This document shows, piece by piece, positions 7,302 through 10,702 of a DNA stretch of 10,702 nt. Numbering within the stretch: the stretch's first letter is position 1; each line of letters begins with the position of its first letter. Below the pieces are notes generated by a model. That model ran no database searches and was not told the origin of the DNA. It was given only the letters and a program-made list of their open reading frames with translations. The DNA is from Dubosiella newyorkensis (lineage in GTDB: Bacteria > Bacillota_I > Bacilli_A > Erysipelotrichales > Erysipelotrichaceae): contig NZ_MPKA01000146.1 of NCBI RefSeq assembly GCF_001945605.1, positions 1 to 10,702 of the forward strand, in the 5' to 3' direction. The translations under genes and the position numbers were made by a program.

Positions 7302-8104
7302 AGTTCATCTACAACTCCTTCTAAAGTACAGATTCCATGATCAAACACGCCTTCTTTTTGAAGGGCATTGGAAAACTTTAATGCGAATGGGATATCTAGC
7401 TGCATTTTCTTTAATTCTTCTTCATGTTTGAATATTTCCATAGGAGTGCCACTCATTTTTACGTTCCCTTCTTGCAGAACGATCACATTCTGGCTTTGAG
7501 CGACTTCTTCCATATCATGTGTAATCGAGATCACGGTTATATTTTTTTCATCATGAAGTTTTTTGATTTGATCGTTGATGCTCTTTTTTCCTTGTGGATC
7601 GAGCATGCTTGTTGATTCATCAAAAATAATGATGTCGGGACTCATTGCTAATATCCCTGCGATCGCGACCCTTTGTTTTTGTCCACCCGATAATTTTGTC
7701 GGCTCCGTTTCTAAAAAATCAAGCATTCCTACTTTTTGGGCAGCCTCTTCGATTCGAGCTTGCATCTCTTCTTGAGGTACGCAGTGGTTCTCCAATCCGA
7801 AGGCAATATCATCAGCTACAGTCGAGCCGATAAATTGATTGTCTGGATTTTGAAATACGATCCCTACGTGGGAACGAATATCATATACGGTTGTTTCATC
7901 CAGTTTTTGTCCTAAGATTGTGATTTCTCCTGTTCGCGCTTCCAAAAGGCCAATCAACAATTTTGCGATCGTGCTTTTTCCTGAGCCATTATGCCCGATG
8001 ATCGTTGTATAGCTTCCTTTTGGGATCGAAAAGGAAGCATCTCGAATTATATCGGTTTCTCCATCGTACGAAAACGAACAATGGTCTACTTTTACTGCAT
8101 CCAT
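7277..8104 (-). CDS. ecfA1: ECF transporter ATP-binding protein EcfA1
   Basis: 275-aa ORF with Walker A GHNGSGKST, signature LSGGQKQRVAIAG and Walker B IIIFDEST. An AAGGAGA RBS lies at 8117-8111. Confidence 0.9.
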   Translation of the reverse strand: MDAVKVDHCSFSYDGETDIIRDASFSIPKGSYTTIIGHNGSGKSTIAKLLIGLLEARTGEITILGQKLDETTVYDIRSHVGIVFQNPDNQFIGSTVADDIAFGLENHCVPQEEMQARIEEAAQKVGMLDFLETEPTKLSGGQKQRVAIAGILAMSPDIIIFDESTSMLDPQGKKSINDQIKKLHDEKNITVISITHDMEEVAQSQNVIVLQEGNVKMSGTPMEIFKHEEELKKMQLDIPFALKFSNALQKEGVFDHGICTLEGVVDELCRLKQTN

Positions 8105-8127
8105 TTCTTTTCTCCTTAAACTTCTTT

Positions 8128-8136
8128 ATTATAGCA
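8128..8136 (-). promoter_or_regulatory. Extended -10 promoter element upstream of ecfA1
   Basis: On the minus strand TGcTATAAT (8136-8128): a perfect -10 with a TGn extension. It lies between the upstream terminator and the ecfA1 RBS. No good -35 is visible. Confidence 0.5.
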
Positions 8137-8156
8137 AAACTCCTTATAAAACCTAT

Positions 8157-8181
8157 AAAAAAAGAATGGAAGTCTCCATTC
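8157..8181 (-). terminator. Intrinsic terminator after the 141-aa ORF
   Basis: On the minus strand: GAATGGA-GACT-TCCATTC (7-bp stem, 8181-8164) followed by T7 (plus-strand A8157-A8163). It starts immediately after the TAA stop at 8184-8182. Confidence 0.75.
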
Positions 8182-8607
8182 TTAATGTGCGAACGTATAG
8201 CCTTGATATTGCGCGTCAGTTTGCTTGATCGCGTTGATCAAAGAAGCTGCTAAGAAAGTCAAACCATCAATCGTCATTTCTCCGTTATAGAGAATATCCA
8301 CGATATTCGAAACGGAATCATACGAAGAAGATAATCCATCTTTCGCAAGAGCTTCTTGAAAAACATCGGCGGCTTGAGCGTCTGGTGTGGCGAAAGACAA
8401 AGTGACTGGAAGCACATTTGAATCCATTCCGACCCAAGATAAGATATCCGCCTTTAAAGCGGGGATCTCTTCGCTTTGTGTATCATCTGGTGCTGGAAGT
8501 AAGTAATTATCCAGATCTTTTTTTCTCTTATCGATCACGACTTTCGCGATCCCTGCTGCTCCCAGTGCGATGCCTGCAGCTGCTGCTGCCACTTTCCACC
8601 AATTCAT
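8182..8607 (-). CDS. Hypothetical single-pass membrane-anchored protein (141 aa), no recognised family
   Basis: The N-terminal hydrophobic helix WWKVAAAAAGIALGAAGIAKVVI is followed by a KRKK cluster. The remaining ~110 aa form an acidic domain. A strong AGGAGG RBS (8620-8615) lies 7 nt upstream of the ATG, inside the last codons of the preceding gene. Confidence 0.7.
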   Translation of the reverse strand: MNWWKVAAAAAGIALGAAGIAKVVIDKRKKDLDNYLLPAPDDTQSEEIPALKADILSWVGMDSNVLPVTLSFATPDAQAADVFQEALAKDGLSSSYDSVSNIVDILYNGEMTIDGLTFLAASLINAIKQTDAQYQGYTFAH

Positions 8608-8608
8608 A

Positions 8609-9190
8609 TTATTTCCTCCTTGTAAGCGCTACACCATCTCCGATCGAGTAAAAGATCGTATCGAATGAACTATGGTTTTTTAAAAAATCTTTATAGGCTG
8701 CGATTTTTCGAACGAGATGTTTTGTGTTGCGGTTTTTTGTGTTTTCTGGGTGTTCTACTAATCCATGAAAACTCATATTGTCTGAAATAATTATACCATC
8801 CTCACTTAAAAGAGGAGAGTACTTTGCAAAGAAGCGCTGATATTGGGCTTTTGCGGCATCGATAAAAATAATGTCGAACTTTTCAGAAGGTATGCTGACT
8901 TCATTCGCGTCGCCTTCTATGAGATGGATCCTTTCTTCAAGTCCAGCTTCTTTGATGTTCTTCTTGGCTTGAGCAATCATTTCTGGATCTCTTTCAATAG
9001 TTGTCACTTGAATAGAATCGTCTAAGGAGGCGATCGCGATCGCTGTTTTTGCGATAGCGGTTCCAATTTCGAGGACTCGTTGTCCTTTTTGGTTCATGAT
9101 CGTCTCGAGTAGAAATTGAAGTCCATCATCCATCATCACAGGAACTTGATGCTTGGTGGCGAATCGTTTTAATTCTGCTTGTGTTTTCAT
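8609..9190 (-). CDS. Class I SAM-dependent O-methyltransferase, family 3 (YrrM/TrmR-like, possible tRNA 5-hydroxyuridine methyltransferase)
   Basis: It has the SAM-binding motif VLEIGTAIAKTAIAIA, then IERD, GDA, FIDAAKAQY, SDN and GDGVAL. As I recall it, this layout is colinear with Bacillus YrrM/TrmR. I place the start at ATG 9190-9188. The tracked ORF begins two codons earlier at a TTG (9196-9194) that lies inside the terminator U-tract. Confidence 0.8.
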   Translation of the reverse strand: MKTQAELKRFATKHQVPVMMDDGLQFLLETIMNQKGQRVLEIGTAIAKTAIAIASLDDSIQVTTIERDPEMIAQAKKNIKEAGLEERIHLIEGDANEVSIPSEKFDIIFIDAAKAQYQRFFAKYSPLLSEDGIIISDNMSFHGLVEHPENTKNRNTKHLVRKIAAYKDFLKNHSSFDTIFYSIGDGVALTRRK

Positions 9191-9194
9191 ATAC

Positions 9195-9224
9195 AAAAAA
9201 AAGTGAAGCAGATTACTACTTCAC
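9195..9224 (-). terminator. Intrinsic terminator after rplQ
   Basis: On the minus strand: GTGAAGTAG-TAAT-CTGCTTCAC (9-bp stem with one G-U pair, 9224-9203) followed by T8 (plus-strand A9195-A9202). The rplQ TAG stop (9218-9216) is part of the stem. Confidence 0.75.
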
Positions 9225-9578
9225 AAATTCAACAATAGCCATTGGGGCTGCATCACCGCGACGAATTCTCGTTTTGATGACACGAGTGTAGCCTCCATTA
9301 CGATCTGCATAGGCTGGTCCGATTTCATTGAACAATTTCTGCAAAGCAGTTGTTCCATTATCATCAACTTCGATGTTGCGAACATAGGCAGCTGCTTGTC
9401 TACGAGCGTGTAAATCTCCGCGTTTTGCGAGAGTCACAAGGCTATCTACAACAGCGCTTACTTCTTTAGCTTTCATTTCTGTAGTTTCGATTTGACCGTG
9501 TTGAATGACCGATGTCGCCATGTTTCTGAGCATAGCTTTACGGTGATCCGCTGTACGACCTAATTTACGGTTGCGCAT
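9216..9578 (-). CDS. rplQ: 50S ribosomal protein L17
   Basis: 120-aa ORF. It has [34 protein letters not shown] and GGYTRV...[12 protein letters not shown], typical of L17. An AGGAGG RBS is present. Confidence 0.97.
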   Translation of the reverse strand: MRNRKLGRTADHRKAMLRNMATSVIQHGQIETTEMKAKEVSAVVDSLVTLAKRGDLHARRQAAAYVRNIEVDDNGTTALQKLFNEIGPAYADRNGGYTRVIKTRIRRGDAAPMAIVEFVK

Positions 9579-9595
9579 TCTCGTTCCTCCTGTTT

Positions 9596-10549
9596 TTATT
9601 CGTTATTTGACTTGAAAGAGAGTCCCATCGAATGGATCTTCTCTTTGACTTCTTTTAAGGATTTCTTTCCTAGATTTCGCACATGCATCATTTCATCTTC
9701 TGTTTTTTGGATCAATTCTTCAACGGTTGTGATGCCAGCACGCTTCAAACAGTTGTATGAACGAACAGAAAGTTCTAGATCTTCGATCATCTTTGACTGC
9801 AATGCGTTTTTATTAACTTCATTTTCCTGTTCTGGCTGATTGGATTCTTCCAAAATGTCTTCATCCAAGTTACGTAAGATCGCTATATGATCTCTTAAGA
9901 TCTTAGATGCGATCGATAAAACATCCGATGGTTTTAATGTACCATCCGTTACGATTTCCATCTCGAGCTCATCATATTCTTGTCCTTCTTCGTTAACTTT
10001 CGGATAGCTTGTATATCCTACTCGGCGAATTGGAGAATAGAGTGCGTCGGTATAGATCGTTCCTAAAGGCTGGTTATCGGATTGATACATGTGTTTATTG
10101 GTTTCTGCTCCAACATATCCTCGACCTAATCGAGCTGATAATTCCATATCAATGGAAGCTCCCTGTGACAAAGTACATATTTCTAAATCAGGATTGAGCA
10201 CCTCTACCCCTTCTGGACATTTGATGTCTTTTGCGTATACGGTACATGGTCCTTCCTTTTTGATTTCTAAAGTATGGACCTCATTATCATGAATATCGAT
10301 TTTCAAAACGAGCTGCTTAATATTCAAGATAATAGAAGCTACATCTTCGCTCACACCTTTGATTCCGGTAAATTCGTGATACACACCATCGATTCGGATC
10401 GCAAAAACTGCGCCTCCTGGAATGGCCGACAACATTACCCGGCGTAATGAATTGCCAAGCGTGATTCCGAATTGACTCTCCAATGGAGTGAAAATAAATT
10501 TTCCAGATGTTTGTGTTTCCTCAACTGTTTGAATATTATACTTTGTCAT
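9596..10549 (-). CDS. rpoA: DNA-directed RNA polymerase subunit alpha
   Basis: 317-aa ORF. The N-terminal domain has [15 protein letters not shown] and the C-terminal domain has [25 protein letters not shown]. An AAGGAGGTG RBS is present. Confidence 0.97.
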   Translation of the reverse strand: MTKYNIQTVEETQTSGKFIFTPLESQFGITLGNSLRRVMLSAIPGGAVFAIRIDGVYHEFTGIKGVSEDVASIILNIKQLVLKIDIHDNEVHTLEIKKEGPCTVYAKDIKCPEGVEVLNPDLEICTLSQGASIDMELSARLGRGYVGAETNKHMYQSDNQPLGTIYTDALYSPIRRVGYTSYPKVNEEGQEYDELEMEIVTDGTLKPSDVLSIASKILRDHIAILRNLDEDILEESNQPEQENEVNKNALQSKMIEDLELSVRSYNCLKRAGITTVEELIQKTEDEMMHVRNLGKKSLKEVKEKIHSMGLSFKSNNE

Positions 10550-10574
10550 TCAGGCACCTCCTTATTGTGTGCTA

Positions 10575-10702
10575 TTATCCGCGAGGTCTTTTTGGTGGAC
10601 GGCATCCATTGTGAGGGATCGGTGTGACATCATTGATCATCGTGATGTTCAAGCCCGCTACCTGCAGCGCCCGTACAGCCGCTTCACGTCCAGGTCCTGG
10701 TC
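10575..10702 (-). CDS. rpsK: 30S ribosomal protein S11 (3' end only, 5' end outside the window)
   Basis: The minus-strand frame translates as [41 protein letters not shown] and ends at TAA (10577-10575). This is the characteristic S11 C-terminus, and the gene sits in the canonical position upstream of rpoA. Confidence 0.9.
   Translation of the reverse strand, partial: PGPGREAAVRALQVAGLNITMINDVTPIPHNGCRPPKRPRG

Noticed and set aside
6832-9042. Four copies of GCGATCGC (identical to the cyanobacterial HIP1 palindrome), including a tandem overlapping pair at 9030-9042, considered as a dispersed repeat element.
   Set aside because: Every copy encodes Ala-Ile-Ala in frame: VAIAG in both ABC ATPases and AIAIA in the methyltransferase SAM motif. 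It is better explained by the general CGATC/GATCG codon-context bias than by a mobile or iterated element.
9194-9196. TTG start used by the ORF track for the methyltransferase.
   Set aside because: The TTG lies inside the terminator U-tract and has no RBS. The ATG two codons downstream (9190) is the more conservative call, although neither start has an SD.
497-10292. Plus-strand ORFs of 60-113 aa in the supplied track (for example 497..697, 2245..2514, 3269..3511, 3569..3892, 4160..4420, 5352..5615, 6186..6497, 6513..6797, 6673..7014, 7424..7615, 7575..7775, 7645..7833, 8005..8253, 8418..8651, 8843..9025, 9612..9839, 10009..10197, 10089..10292).
   Set aside because: All but one lie entirely antisense within minus-strand genes that have clear family motifs; 8005..8253 also crosses the short ecfA1-orphan intergenic region. 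Their translations are low-complexity (rich in F, L, S and I). None has a convincing RBS. They are shadow ORFs.
10575-10702. Visibly higher GC content at the right edge than in the rest of the window, considered as a compositional boundary or island edge.
   Set aside because: The stretch is the conserved C-terminus of ribosomal protein S11, in canonical synteny with rpoA. Local GC enrichment in a Gly/Pro/Arg-rich, highly expressed gene is expected.

Overview
This is a core-genome segment from a low-GC Gram-positive (Bacillota-type) chromosome, about 40% GC, transcribed almost entirely from the minus strand. Reading along the minus strand it holds the tail of the alpha operon (rpsK 3' end, rpoA, rplQ) and then a two-gene insertion: a YrrM/TrmR-like O-methyltransferase and a 141-aa membrane-anchored orphan protein. 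Next comes the ECF-transporter energizing module (ecfA1, ecfA2, ecfT), then truA, a PHP/HisJ-family phosphatase, and rplM-rpsI. Beyond that are a Cof-type HAD hydrolase, a plus-strand SDR oxidoreductase and a membrane-anchored glycerophosphodiester phosphodiesterase. The left edge carries the 3' end of an unidentified plus-strand CDS. Five intrinsic terminators and several sigma-A-type promoters can be read directly and split the window into transcription units. I saw no mobile element, CRISPR array, tRNA or rRNA, and no defence-like system; most of the window is ordinary housekeeping DNA. The best candidates for something undescribed are listed below. (1) An orphan unit of about 200 nt at 128-363 (minus strand) has a near-consensus promoter and a strong terminator but no credible ORF, and it is antisense to the 3' end of the neighbouring CDS. 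(2) The methyltransferase and orphan membrane protein pair is wedged into the otherwise conserved rplQ-ecfA junction, with unusual expression signals. (3) GATC (mostly CGATC/GATCG) is about three-fold over-represented and unevenly distributed.
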